Assembly: GCA_964016885.1 (NCBI GenBank)
Contig: OZ024751.1
Location: 19,902,001 to 19,966,000 of the forward strand
Reading direction: 5' to 3'
From: Eledone cirrhosa
Lineage: Eukaryota
DNA: 64,000 nucleotides
The position numbers and the translations under genes were made by a program. Shown one piece after another: positions 1 through 13,700 of this stretch. How positions within the stretch are numbered: the stretch's first letter is position 1; each line of letters begins with the position of its first letter. Under the pieces are notes generated by a model. It saw nothing but the letters and a program-made list of their open reading frames with translations. It made no database searches and was not told where the DNA came from.

Positions 1-66
1 AAGCCAATGCAATTTTTCGATCTTTCTTCCTATAGAACTGATCAACGTTAATGATATCACATGCGT

Positions 67-118
<52 letters not shown>

Positions 119-232
119 ATATTGACGAGGTTAGTATTAGTCATAAACCCGTTTACTCACACTTACTTAATGAGATATGGTTTGAACACGTGCTGAGCAA
201 AACTTGTCTCTGAGTGCTAACAGTGTATAACC

Positions 233-288
<56 letters not shown>

Positions 289-373
289 AGTCAAACAAAG
301 CCGTACGTTAAAACTATCCATGACGCAGAGTACTCACCTCTAACTGGATTACCTATAACGATAACTTGTTATC

Positions 374-406
<33 letters not shown>

Positions 407-407
<1 letters not shown>

Positions 408-562
408 GATGATTCTTGATGATTTCTAAAGATTCCTGATGATTTCTAAAGAATGAAACAGTTCTAGTCCTGTAGAATCTCATCTATATTAAAACTTTTA
501 TACTCTGCAAAGTATTGAGTACCTTACTTACTGTGGTTACTTCCGATTCAACCCGGAATAAC

Positions 563-563
<1 letters not shown>
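407..563 (+). mobile_element. PLE-like 3'-end fragment with degenerate HHR-like core, inside (AT)n
   Basis: CTGATGA..GAATGAAACAGTTCTAGTC, followed by a tail also seen at ~6060-6243 and ~58250-58367; flanked by (AT)n. Confidence 0.55.
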
Positions 564-649
<86 letters not shown>

Positions 650-2119
650 ATATACAGAAAATCTACCAGGAACATACAAGGGTTAAGTTTTTTATTTTTT
701 TCAAACCTTTCTCACATCCATTAACTTCTTCCTTCTCCCCTACCTCGTTCTCTTTTTTTTTAAAAGATCCTAACATCCTTTATTGTATGGGTATGAGGGT
801 GGGTGGAGTAATGAGGGTGGGGTTGGCGGGGATCACTTTTGAAGGTTCTAAGAAGTTTTCATGCTTGTTTTAAAGACAGTCGCTAAGATTAAAGATAAAA
901 AGATAAAGTGTTCTGTGGTAAAGTGAAAGACAGGACTGAATATTCATAATCAATGGAAATGTTCCAGACCCAGAATGGGGTGGAGAGTGAGGTGGAATCA
1001 TAACAGTGGACACAGGCATAGATATGTCGATATGAAGTTGGATTTATAAGCCATGTAGTCTGAGATTCGTTTCTACACAGCATGATACCTGCTTGAGCAA
1101 GTGTCTTACAAATATAGAATCGGGTTGACCAATGCCTTGTGAGTAAAACTGCATCTTCGTTTTTCTTAATAAACCCTACTCCATCGTTTTTCCTCCCCGC
1201 TTTTCTCCTGCCCTTCCTCTCTCCCTTTCTCTCTATAAACCTCTCATTTCTCATCTAGTACTTTAGATTCTCTCTCTTCCCCCCCCCCACCCCCACTCTC
1301 CGTTCGGTTTATAAATTATAAAACCATCAGAAAGTCACTACTTATAAATATATTTACAATCTACCGACTAATTATTTCGATCACCTCATACAGAATTTAA
1401 ACACTTGTATTTATTTTAAATTTTGAAAATTTACAGTTTATTTTAACTTAAAACTCCTTTAAAACTCATTGAGACTCTTTTTCTACTGAATCAAGCGTAA
1501 AACTAATATATTTCTTCATTGTACTGTATCATTTGCTTTGTTATTTCTGTTTACTTTTTGCATCGTTTGTGTATGTGTCTCTCCCCCCCCCTCTCCCCCC
1601 CCCCCTCCCCCCCTCTCTCTCTCTCGCTCTCTCAGTATATATATATATATACACATAAACACTACCTACTAGATTCAGCCACTTCTTTCTGGTGACATGA
1701 TAAAACCTTTCCTTCTCGTCAGATCAAACATTCAATGTCTTTCCCGCTGATTCTCTTTAATGTCTTGAGAGGTCTTACGCGTTTCTGTTTCACATCACAT
1801 CTTGAATCCTACATTGTTCACGACCGCTGCTTGGAAAACACAGACACACACATTCACACACATACACACAAATATATATATATATATACTCATACACGCA
1901 CACTCATACATATATATATATACTCAAACAAACGCACACACACATACACACACACATATATATATATATAAAACATGAGAAGAAAGAAGAATACTGCGTG
2001 GTTTGCACATGGGTTACATATGATACAAATAGTCCTTCGTCAGTGATTTTCCAACCATCATTGGTATTTCATACACGCACGCACGCACACACACACACAC
2101 ACATAAATATATATACTCC

Positions 2120-2151
<32 letters not shown>

Positions 2152-2573
2152 CTCACACACACATATATATATATACTCACACACACATATATGCATATAT
2201 ATGTATGCATATATATATATGTGTATGTATGTATGTATGTATGTATGTATGTGTGTATGTGTGTGGGTGTGTGTACACGCCAGAAAGGAAACCATTGAAA
2301 ACCGTATATTTTACCTAAGTAGGATTCCTTTTAAAGGAATGATTTAGTATCAATGTCTGCAGTAAGTCGTTCATTGTAATGGATTGTAACAACATAGAAT
2401 TACCTGTCTAACTTATTTCAAACCATGTCATCATTACCTGACAATCCTCTATTATATGCATGTGTTATATATATATATTTCTACATACACACATATATAT
2501 ATTTCTACATACACACATAGATATATTTCTACACACACACACACATATCTACATATATATAGTTGAGTAGGGT

Positions 2574-2639
<66 letters not shown>

Positions 2640-2708
2640 TATGAAGAGAGAAGAAACATTTAGATATAATTAGTAATAAAATGTATCATACCTAAACTGT
2701 TCCTAAAT

Positions 2709-2796
2709 TCCTCGACTACGTAGTTTCGTGGCATAAACAAAAACAATATATCAAAGATATAGAGTCCTTGCGAGGTCTGCCGACTTATCAAGAGGA
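2709..2796 (-). ncRNA. Type I hammerhead ribozyme, U3-A8 variant
   Basis: Minus strand: UCCUC-UUGAUAA-GUCGGCA..UGCCAC-GAAA-CUACGUAG-UC-GAGGA. Stem I is 5 bp; stem III is a palindrome. Confidence 0.8.
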
Positions 2797-3299
2797 TACC
2801 TCATTTTACTAGTCTAAAGAACGCGTCTACACGACGTGAGAAAGAATCCCAAAAGGCGGAGGGGGAGATAGTCACGCGATATAACGGTCGAGAAACAGAG
2901 CTAAGCCTCTTATAACCACGAAGAAAATACCACGGAGGCGGAGGGGGTATTCATATCGAGGCCGCAGAAGAGGTAGTGAAGAAGGCGAGAAGTATGAGTA
3001 ATGGAAGCTTTCCAGTTGTCCCCACACTTCAAAGATTGCTCGACCAGAGGGAGTTATTAATATATTTAGAAACACACAGATACATGCGGACACACACATA
3101 TATACATGAATGCATTCGCACCCAACTGTGAGTTAAGGGTGCCAACTTCACCGATGTTGCTCAATGAATGACTGGGACAGACCAATTCAGTTTGAACTAG
3201 ACTGAACCAGTATCAGAGTTAAAAATACATTATGAAGAGAGAAGAAACATTTAGATATAATTAGTAATAAAATGTATCATACCTAAACTGTTCCTAAAT

Positions 3300-3387
3300 T
3301 CCTCGACTACGTAGTTTCGTGGCATAAACAAAAACAATATATCAAAGATATAGAGTCCTTGCGAGGTCTGCCGACTTATCAAGAGGA
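3300..3387 (-). ncRNA. Type I hammerhead ribozyme, U3-A8 variant (second copy)
   Basis: Identical to 2709-2796. Confidence 0.8.
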
Positions 3388-3424
3388 TACCTCATTTTAC
3401 TAGTCTAAAGAACGCGTCTACACG

Positions 3425-3647
<223 letters not shown>

Positions 3648-3652
3648 AGTGT

Positions 3653-3866
3653 GAAGGCGTGTGGCTGAGTGGTCAGAGAACTGGATTCGCAATCTTGAGG
3701 TTGTGAGTTCGATTCCTGGACCGGGCGATGCGTTATGTCCTTGAGCAAGACACTTTATTTCACGTTGCTCCTTCTACCTGGAGTTGCGACCGATAGATAG
3801 TATTAGCAGTTGGAAAGACCAACGGAAACATTGTTCCCTCGGTCCGATTTGACGAAAGTCGATCGT
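3653..3866 (+). mobile_element. tRNA-derived CORE-like SINE
   Basis: A-box TGGCTGAGTGG, B-box GAGTTCGATTCC (3705-3716), then GTCCTTGAGCAAGACACTT (resembles the MIR core); second copy at 50228. Confidence 0.75.
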
Positions 3867-4218
3867 TCCTTTATACATATATACTCTACTACCCTAAGTA
3901 TTGAGTACTCTGGTGCGTTATGGTCCATCTAGTTCCTTACCACATCTCCTCCGTTATATATAAATATATATATATATAAATATAGTAATAATAATAAAAT
4001 TGAAGACTAAATTCCAAAGAGTGAAAGCAGCGATTCTTTGCTTAAACTTTAATCTGTTATTTTAATAAATATATATATATATATATATGGAAAGTTATAT
4101 TTAAAATTGTTGGGTTACAACTAGTAAATATTTATAACTGATATAAAAGCACTCGACAAATATTTGGAGTATATTTACAATATTAAATAAATGGAAACTA
4201 TATTTATAAAACCATATT

Positions 4219-4288
4219 TATTTCATTATATATATTTCAGGGATATCATATTAACAATATGCTATGCATGCCTTCCTCAGACAAAATA
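4219..4288 (-). ncRNA. Type I hammerhead ribozyme
   Basis: Reverse complement of 4430-4495 with a 4-nt insertion in stem II. Confidence 0.7.
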
Positions 4289-4429
4289 CAATATAAACAG
4301 TTTTATAGATAAATAGATTCGACATACCGTAACAACATCGACTTGCATTTGCCAAATCAACCTCTTCAAATGCAAGTCGATGTTGTTACGGTATGTCGAA
4401 TCTATTTATCTATAAAACTGTTTATATTG

Positions 4430-4495
4430 TATTTTGTCTGAGGAAGGCATAGCATATTGTTAATATGATATCCCTGAAATATATATAATGAAATA
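4430..4495 (+). ncRNA. Type I hammerhead ribozyme
   Basis: TATTTTGT-CTGAGGA-AGGCATAGCATATT..AATATGATATCCCT-GAAA-TATATA-TA-ATGAAATA. Confidence 0.8.
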
Positions 4496-4532
4496 AATAT
4501 GGTTTTATAAATATAGTTTCCATTTATTTAAT

Positions 4533-4571
<39 letters not shown>

Positions 4572-4618
4572 AAAGGATAACAAGGACGATTGATTACTCC
4601 TTCATTGCATTTATTGAT

Positions 4619-4705
4619 AAGTGACACGTGTTTCGCCACTGATCAGCTCAAGGTTCGATCTGTATCGATCCTACCCAATTCAATAATCAGCGGCTCGACG
4701 GACCC
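4619..4705 (-). ncRNA. Degenerate hammerhead ribozyme
   Basis: Minus strand: CCGTCGA (2 changes from CTGACGA), 9-bp stem II GCCGCTGAT/ATCAGTGGC, then GAAA-CACGTG-TC. Confidence 0.55.
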
Positions 4706-4809
4706 TTTAAAATGCTATAAGAAAAAGCTCTACACCTCATCACAGAAGTGAACCTAAACATCGAGTGCTCTCCCGGGTGAACCTGCAGTAACTCCAAGTT
4801 ACACCCCCT

Positions 4810-4893
<84 letters not shown>

Positions 4894-4997
4894 AATACAT
4901 ATGTACATATATATATATATGTTAATACATATATAATATATATACATATATATATGTATACATATGTACACATATATACATATATATATGTTAACAC

Positions 4998-5043
<46 letters not shown>

Positions 5044-5095
5044 TGATAAATGCATATGTATATATATATATATATACATATATGTTGATAAATGC

Positions 5096-5160
<65 letters not shown>

Positions 5161-5517
5161 TGTTGATAAATGCATATGTATATATATACATATACATAAA
5201 CATATATATTAACATATATATACATTGATATATTGGGCAGTATCTAGATATACCATTGTACAACCACTTCCGCCAGACCACACTAATAGAAGAAAAAAAA
5301 TTATATATTAAAACACTATGAGAGCTTCAAAGTAAATATTTAAAAGCTATTATGTAAATGTTCCTTTTAAAATGTATCAGAATGCCGTGTCCACAGAGAT
5401 AAGCCTAAAAAGAATATATGACAGACTGCAAATACTCTCTATTTTCTACATGCCCTGTGTATTCAGTGCCCACATTAGCATACATTATGTGGCGTGTATA
5501 TATATATATAATGTGGC

Positions 5518-5561
<44 letters not shown>

Positions 5562-5642
5562 GCCACATTAGCATACATTATTAATGTGGCGTGTATATAT
5601 ATTATATACACGCCACATTAACATACATTACTAAGGTGGCGC

Positions 5643-5692
<50 letters not shown>

Positions 5693-5722
5693 CACATTAG
5701 CATACATTACTAAGGTGGCGTG

Positions 5723-5818
<96 letters not shown>

Positions 5819-5821
<3 letters not shown>

Positions 5822-6001
5822 TTGTTTCTACTTTTGGCACAAGGCCAGCAATTAACCAGTGCATTACTGGTACTTTATTTTATCGACCCCGTAAGGATGA
5901 AAGGAGGAGGTTAATTTTTGTCTTTCATCCTTATGGGGTCGATAAAATAAAGTACCAGTAATGCACTGGGTAATTGCTGGCCTTGTGCCAAAAGCAGAAA
6001 C

Positions 6002-6007
<6 letters not shown>
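5819..6007. mobile_element. Inverted pair of SINE 3' halves inside (AT)n
   Basis: Two ~85-bp inverted arms matching the 3' part of the SINE at 60895-61083. Confidence 0.8.
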
Positions 6008-6048
<41 letters not shown>

Positions 6049-6059
6049 GCGTGTGTGCG

Positions 6060-6243
6060 TGTGTGTATCCCGGGTTCAATCGGGGTTACCACAGTAAGTA
6101 AGGTACTCAATACATAGCAGAGTATATATATCTAATATAGAAATGGCTTCTGCAGGACTACAACTGTTTCATTCGGTGTTTCATTCGGGATTTCCTGTTG
6201 ATTTCCTTCGAATGAAACAGTTCTAGTCCTGTAGAAGCCATTC
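6060..6243. mobile_element. PLE-like 3' end with short inversion
   Basis: Inverted repeat GAAATGGCTTCTGCAGGACTA..TAGTCCTGTAGAAGCCATT; same family as 407-563. Confidence 0.6.
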
Positions 6244-6248
6244 CACTC

Positions 6249-6282
<34 letters not shown>

Positions 6283-6292
6283 ACCCTCTCTC

Positions 6293-6341
<49 letters not shown>

Positions 6342-6829
6342 CTGTATATATATATATATATATATATAAAGAATCCTTTATATTTTGTATGTATATATTA
6401 TATACGTAGTTAGATATATATATGTATTTTTATAAGTGTGTATATATATTTATATGTATGTATTTTTACGTGTGTATACGTGTTATATAATATATATATC
6501 TTTAATAATATATGGATTTCTTAATATATAGATCCCAATTTTTAATATATTTATCTCAATATTTAACTGATTAACTAAACATCTAATCATATTTAAACAA
6601 TGGTTAAATTTCTCATATTTTATATATATATTCCATTCATGATTATTAACATTTCTAATTTTATTTATTCATTTCATCTCAATTGTTAAGTTAACTCAAC
6701 AAGATATGACTTAGAGTTTTTCGTTCTCTCTCCTTTCTGTCTCCTCTCTCTCTCTATCGTTCTCTCTCTTTCCTTCTCTATATTTCTCTCTCTTTCCTTC
6801 TCTATCTTTCTCTTTCTCCGTAACCCAAC

Positions 6830-7152
6830 GGCTTATTTTAAAAATATCCAATACTAATAATATAATTAAAGCTATAACCCCACTATCCGGGAGCTTCCAA
6901 CAGCAATGGTTGCATTATTTAAGGGTATGTCAATATTTATTTATAAAACTGATCTATATTATATTTTATCTGATGAAAGCACACCATAATTTAACTTGGT
7001 GTCCTTTAAATATGTATAATGAAATAAATATGGTTTTATAATATAGTTTCCATTTGTTAATATCGTATTTTTACTCCAAATATTTGTTGAGTGCTTTATA
7101 TCAGTTATAAAAATATTTGCTTGTTGTATCCCAACAATTTAAATAGAACTTT

Positions 7153-7155
<3 letters not shown>
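6830..7155 (+). mobile_element. PLE 3' end with core-mutated HHR (6962-7026)
   Basis: CTGATGA-AAGCACACCA..TGGTGTCCTT-TAAA (G12 to T), stem I intact; tail homologous to 23600-23733. Confidence 0.7.
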
Positions 7156-7198
<43 letters not shown>

Positions 7199-7426
7199 AA
7201 TAATGATGGCTGCTCGTTGCAAATGGTGGTGCATATGAAAAAGTAAGTCCTTCATCAGTGACCCCCCAACCGTCCCAGGCATTTCATCGCTTTAAGGGCC
7301 ATATGCCTCAGGTTGGTGCGAACAACGGCTAAAAAAAGTCGTTGGGACACGTAAACAAAGGGGACGCCAGGGTAACAAACAAAAAGGTTTAAGCAACGGA
7401 AAGTGAGAAGAAATAGATATATATAT

Positions 7427-7566
7427 GTTTCTACTTTTGGCACAAGGCCAGTATTATCACAGTGTATGACTGGTATCGACCCCGGCGGGATTTGAACTGT
7501 ATGCTGCAAAGGGCCGTAACTCTATGCTGAAAAGCATGGCGTCCGACCCTCTACCGCTACTGCCAA
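7427..7566 (-). mobile_element. tRNA-derived SINE, internally deleted
   Basis: Matches the reverse complement of the head and tail of the SINE at 61088-61275. Confidence 0.7.
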
Positions 7567-7810
7567 TAAGTAATGGTTCGAATATTTCGAGTAGAGTCAC
7601 CCTGCTGACGAAAGAACGTTGACAAAAACGCTTGTAGTGAATCGAACCACGCATTTCTGGTATGCTGGGCTGTGTTTAACCCTTACATCAGAGACTCCAG
7701 TCCACTAATTTCTAATTTTTTTACAGGAATTAAGCGTAAATCTATAGGCGTGTACAACATCTGGTTAACTTAATAAGTGTTGGGAAACTTTATATGTGTC
7801 TATGTATGTA

Positions 7811-7853
<43 letters not shown>

Positions 7854-7887
7854 TGTGGGTGTATTGGTGTGTGTGTATATGTATGTA

Positions 7888-7922
<35 letters not shown>

Positions 7923-7974
7923 TGTGGGTGTATTGGTGCGTATATATATATATATATATATTGTGGGTGTATTG

Positions 7975-8008
<34 letters not shown>

Positions 8009-8048
8009 TGTGTGTGTATTGGTGTGTGTGTATATGTATGTATGTATG

Positions 8049-8093
<45 letters not shown>

Positions 8094-8179
8094 GGTGTAT
8101 TGGTGTGTGTATATATATATATTGTGGGTGTACTGGTGTGTGTATATATATATATTGTGGATGTATTGGTGTATATCTA

Positions 8180-8214
<35 letters not shown>

Positions 8215-8373
8215 GTGCGACTATTGGTGTATGTGTGGAAATATGTATGTGCAAATGTGTAAACATATCTCTCAGACTTTCTCTTTCCCTTCTCGAAAAT
8301 ATGGGAACCATATTAAAGCAACATATAATTTTTCTTTTAAATATTATTTAACACACACACAGACACAGACACA

Positions 8374-8418
<45 letters not shown>

Positions 8419-8497
8419 ACACACAGACACACACACAGACACAGACAGACACAGACACACACAGACACACACACACAGACAGACACACACACACACA

Positions 8498-8578
<81 letters not shown>

Positions 8579-8589
8579 ACACACACACA

Positions 8590-8681
<92 letters not shown>

Positions 8682-8800
8682 TATATATTGCTTGCTAATT
8701 GGGCATTAAAATTCTCCTTTATATCTTTATACATTTTCATTTTTTCGCATTTTCTTTTTCTTTTATTCATTTCTATATTTTTCTCCAGCTCTCTCTCTCG

Positions 8801-8869
<69 letters not shown>

Positions 8870-9020
8870 ATAATCATCATCATCATCAGCGTCATTATCC
8901 ACGTTACTCATCAGCTAACTGTTTCTGGTGATAACTACGATCATATGTTATATTTAACATGTCTGATATATATCCATCTGTAATACACCATACATCTCAC
9001 TCCTTCCCTCTCCTTCTCTC

Positions 9021-9058
<38 letters not shown>

Positions 9059-9209
9059 TTCATCATTAGCGCCAGTATCCTCGTCACTATCATCATCATC
9101 ATCAGCAGCAGCACCATTATCCTCCTCACTATCATCATCATCATCATCATCAGTCATCATACAACTATTTCTGGTGTTAACTACGAGCATCATAATATGC
9201 TACAATTAC

Positions 9210-10475
9210 CATGTCTGACATCTGTAATACACCATACATCTCTATACAAACATGTCTGACAGACTTCCAACTGTAATACACCAGACATCTCCATACAAAC
9301 ATGTCTGACAGACTTCCATCTGTAATACACCAGACATCTCTATACAAACATGTCTGACAGACTTACATCTGTAATACACCATACATCACTATACAAACAT
9401 GTCTGACAGACTTCCATCTGTAATACACCAGACATCTCTATACAAACATGTCTGACAGACTTCCATCTGTAATACACCATACATCTCTATACAAACATGT
9501 CTGACAGACTTACATCTGTAATACACCATACATCTCCATACAAACATGTCTGACAGACTTACATCTGTAATATACCATACATCTCCATACAAACATGTCT
9601 GACAGACTTCCATCTGTAATACACCAGACATCTCTATACAAACATGTCTGACAGACTTACATCTGTAATACACCATACATCACTATACAAACATGTCTGA
9701 CAGACTTCCATCTGTAATACACCAGACATCTCTATACAAACATGTCTGACAGACTTCCATCTGTAATACACCATACATCTCTATACAAACATGTCTGACA
9801 GACTTCCATCTGTAATACACCAGACATCTCTATACAAACATGTCTGACAGACTTCCATCTGTAATACACCATACATCTCTATACAAACATGTCTGACAGA
9901 CTTACATCTGTAATACACCATACATCTCCATACAAACATGTCTGACAGACTTACATCTGTAATATACCATACATCTCCATACAAACATGTCTGACAGACT
10001 TACGTCTGTAATACAGCAGACGTCTCCATACAAACATGTCTGACATACTTCCATCTGTAATACATCATACATCTCCATACAAACATGTCTGACAGACTTC
10101 CATCTGTAATACACCATAAATCTCCATACAAACATGTCTGACAGACTTCCATCTGTAATACACCAGACATCTCCATACAAACATGTCTGACAGACCTCCA
10201 TCTGTAATACACCATACATCTCCATACAAACATGTCTGACAGACCTCCATCTGTAATACACCATACATCTCCATACAAACATGTCTGACAGACTTCCATC
10301 TGTAATACACCATACATCTCCATACAAACATGTCTGACAGACCTCCATCTGTAATACACCATACATCTCCATACAAACATGTCTGACATACTTCCATCTG
10401 TAATACATCATACATCTCCATACAAACATGTCTGACAGACTTTCATCTATAATACACCAGACATCTCCATACATC
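9210..10475. repeat. 49-bp minisatellite, ~26 copies
   Basis: Unit ATACAAACATGTCTGACAGACTTCCATCTGTAATACACCATACATCTCC; period 49 (9244 to 9293). Confidence 0.95.
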
Positions 10476-11586
10476 TCCTTATCACCCTTATCTGCCTCCT
10501 TCTTAGACGTCGTCGTCATCTTCGTTTTCTTCCGCTTCTTTTTCTTCTCGTTTTCTTGTTTTTCTTCTTCTTCTTCTTCTTCTTCTTCTTCTTCTTCTTC
10601 TTCTTCTTTTACTACTCGTTCTTTTTCTTCTCGTTCTTTTTTCTTTTCCTTCTTTTCGTCTCTTACTTCGTCTTCGTCTTAATCTTTCTTCTTTTATCCG
10701 TTTCTTCTTCGTCTTCTTTTTCGTCTTTTTTTTCTTTTTCATCATCTTCTTCTTCTTTTCTCTTCTTCTTTCCTCTTCTTCTCCTTCTTTTTCTCTTCTT
10801 TTTTTGTCTTCTTCTCCTTCTTTCCTCTTCTCTCCTCTCTCCAGCAGTAATACTACGACATGGAACTAATAGTCTTAAGAGAAAGATTCCTTAGAAAAGA
10901 CGCCATATTCTTTTAAGAAATCTCAGTTGTCTTTTAAAAACAAAAATACCCTCCCCTCTCTTTCCCCCTTAAAAACTAATAAAAATTAATAAAAACAAAA
11001 CAGCAAACAAAATAAAAAACACTACAAATATATAAAAATCTCCAAACATGACATGATTATTCTATTTGGCCTGGGAGAAAACTTCGGAAAAAACCTTAAA
11101 CACATTTTCCTATCCCTTCCCACCCTCCTATCCGACGCCGCCACCGCCGCTGTCACATATATCAAAGATTTCACACAAAACTAGCTCTTTCTCTCTTTTT
11201 TCTTCTCCATCTCTCTCTCCCTCTTTCTCTCTCTCTCTCACATACGCTCACTCTCTCATTCTCTCTCTCTTTTTCTGCCATACATACGCACATATACACA
11301 CATACACACACTCTCTTTCAAGCACATGCATTCACTCTCTCACACACACACACACACTCTCTCTCTCTCTTTCTCTCACACATGCACACGCACTCTGACT
11401 CTCTCTCACATACACACATACATACACACACATACATACACACACACACTCTCACTTTACTCTTTTTACTGTGTTGTATCTATGAACATTGTGTATCTCT
11501 CTCTCTCTATCTCTCTCTCTCTCTCTCTCTCTTCTTCCTCTCTCTCTCACTCACTCTCTGTGTGTATATGTGAGTCTATATATATA

Positions 11587-11671
<85 letters not shown>

Positions 11672-12209
11672 ATATATGTACAAGTGTACACACCTATTCA
11701 AGATGTCAGCCACCACATCTAGTTACCTCTCTATACACCCGTATCACACTTATTACCAAACAGATGCTAGGGTGAAATATTCATACTTCCTACCCCAGTG
11801 AGTGGCCACACCCCATCAAAGATACACACACACCCGCACACCTTTCACCACACACACATACACACACCTTTCACGACACACACATACACACACATATACA
11901 CACCTTTCACCACACACATACACACACCTTTCACCACACACATACACACACCTTTCACCACACACACGTACATACACACACATGCACACACGTACATACA
12001 CACACACACGTACATACACACAGTACATGCACACACATACATACACACATGCACATCCACCACAGTTTATCTGCTGCCATCAGCTGTCATAATTTGTGAA
12101 GCTGGTAACTATTAGCAACAGTTGTTAATAATCCATCAAGAAAGACGTCTAATCTGGACAGATACATGGTGATGGTGGCGGTGAGGATGTGTGTGTGTGG
12201 GGGGGGGGG

Positions 12210-13700
12210 TCTAGTGTGGTAGTGGTGGTGGTTGTGGTGTGGTGGTCTAGTGTGGTAGTGGTGGTGGTGTAGTGTGGTGTGGTGGTATAGTAATATGGTG
12301 GTGGTGGCGTTGGTGGTGTAGAAGTGTGGTGATGGTGTGGCGGTGGTGGTGTAGTGGTGTAGAAGTGTGGTGGCGGTGGTGGTGTAGAAGTGTGGTGATG
12401 GTGTGGCGGTGGTGGTGTAGTGGTGTAGAAGTGTGGTGGCGGTGGTGGTGTAGAAGTGTGGTGATGGTGTGGCGGTGGTGGTGTAGAAGTGTTGGTGTTA
12501 GTGGTACAGTGGCGGTGTTGTTGATAGTAGTATAGTGGCGGTGTAGTGGTGGTGGTGGTGTAGCAGTGTAGTGGTGGTGTGGCGGTGGTGGTGTAGAAGT
12601 GTGGTGATGGTGTGGCGGTGGTGGTGTAGATGTGTGGTGATGGTGTGGCGGTGGTGGTGTAGATGTGTGGTGATGGTGCTGGTGTAGAGGTGTTGGTGTT
12701 AGTGGTGCAGTGGCGGTGTTGTTGATAGTAGTATAGTGGTGGTGGTGGTGTAGCAGTGTAGTGATGGTGTGGCGGTGGTGGTGTAGAAGTGTGGTGATGG
12801 TGCTGGTGTTAGTGGTACAGTGGCGGTGTTGTTGATAGTAGTATAGTGGTGGTGGTGGTGTAGCAGTGTAGTGATGGTGTGGCGGTGGTGGTGTAGAAGT
12901 GTGGTGATGGTGTGGCGGTGGTGGTGTAGCAGTGTAGTGGTGGTGTGGCGGTGGTGGTGTAGAAGTGTGGTGATGGTGCTGGTGTAGAGGTGTTGGTGTT
13001 AGTGGTGCAGTGGCGGTGTTGTTGATAGTAGTATAGTGGCGGTGTGGTGGTGGTGGTGGTGGTGGTGGTGTAGCAGTGTAGTGGTGGTGGAGGTGGTGGT
13101 GGTGGTGTAGCAGTGTAGTGGTGGTGGAGGTGGTGGTGCTGTCGCTTGTGATGTGTGTAGTGGTGATAGTTCTAGCGATGATGATGATACACAAATGGTG
13201 TTGGTGGGGATAGAATCGAGGTAGTGGTGGTAATATTGGTGTTGGTTGTAATAACGATGATGGTGATGACGATGGTGATGGTGATGGTGATGGTGGTGGT
13301 GATGGTGATGGTGATGACGGTGTTGGTGGTGATGGTGATGGTGATGGTGATGATGGCGATGGTGATGGTGGTGATGGTGATGACGGTGGTGGTGGTGATG
13401 GTGATGACGATGGTGATGGTGATGACGGTGGTGATGGTGGTGGTGGTGATGGTGGTGGTGATGATGGCGATGACGATGATGGTGATAACGATGATGGCGA
13501 TGACGGTGATGATGGTGATGGTGGTGGTGATGGTGATGGTGATGGTGATGATGGCGATGACGGTGTTGATGGTAATGGTGATGACGGTGGTGGTGGTGAT
13601 GGTGATGGTGATGACGGTGGTGGTGGTGATGATGATGGTGATGGCGATGACGGTGATGATGAAGTCATTGTTGATGATCATGATGATGATGATGATGATT
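12210..13700. repeat. Compound GGT/GAT low-complexity repeats
   Basis: Degenerate (GGT)n/(GAT)n with reused 30-60-bp blocks. Confidence 0.9.

Larger units (their letters stand above)
4088..4538. mobile_element. Fold-back PLE 3' end with inverted arms 4176-4351 and 4367-4538
   Basis: Near-perfect ~175-bp inverted repeat in (AT)n; same family as 23271-23733. Confidence 0.85.

Noticed and set aside
121-225. TTGACGA followed by a 9-bp long-range stem
   Set aside because: No GAAA or stem III follows.
889-1254. 121-aa ORF in non-microsatellite sequence
   Set aside because: No recognisable motif or splice context.
3106-3155. Possible additional HHR inside the 591-nt unit (GCACCC/GGGTGC then GAATGCATTC)
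   Set aside because: The 5' core is too degenerate; only a hairpin is supported.
3653-3725. tRNA gene
   Set aside because: A and B boxes run into a repeated SINE body without a complete cloverleaf; it is a SINE head.
7590-7650. CTGACGA plus hairpin as a hammerhead
   Set aside because: GAAA is replaced by GTAG and stems I and III are unconvincing.
9210-10475. CRISPR-like appearance and repetitive ORFs
   Set aside because: No unique spacers and no cas genes; it is a plain 49-bp tandem repeat.
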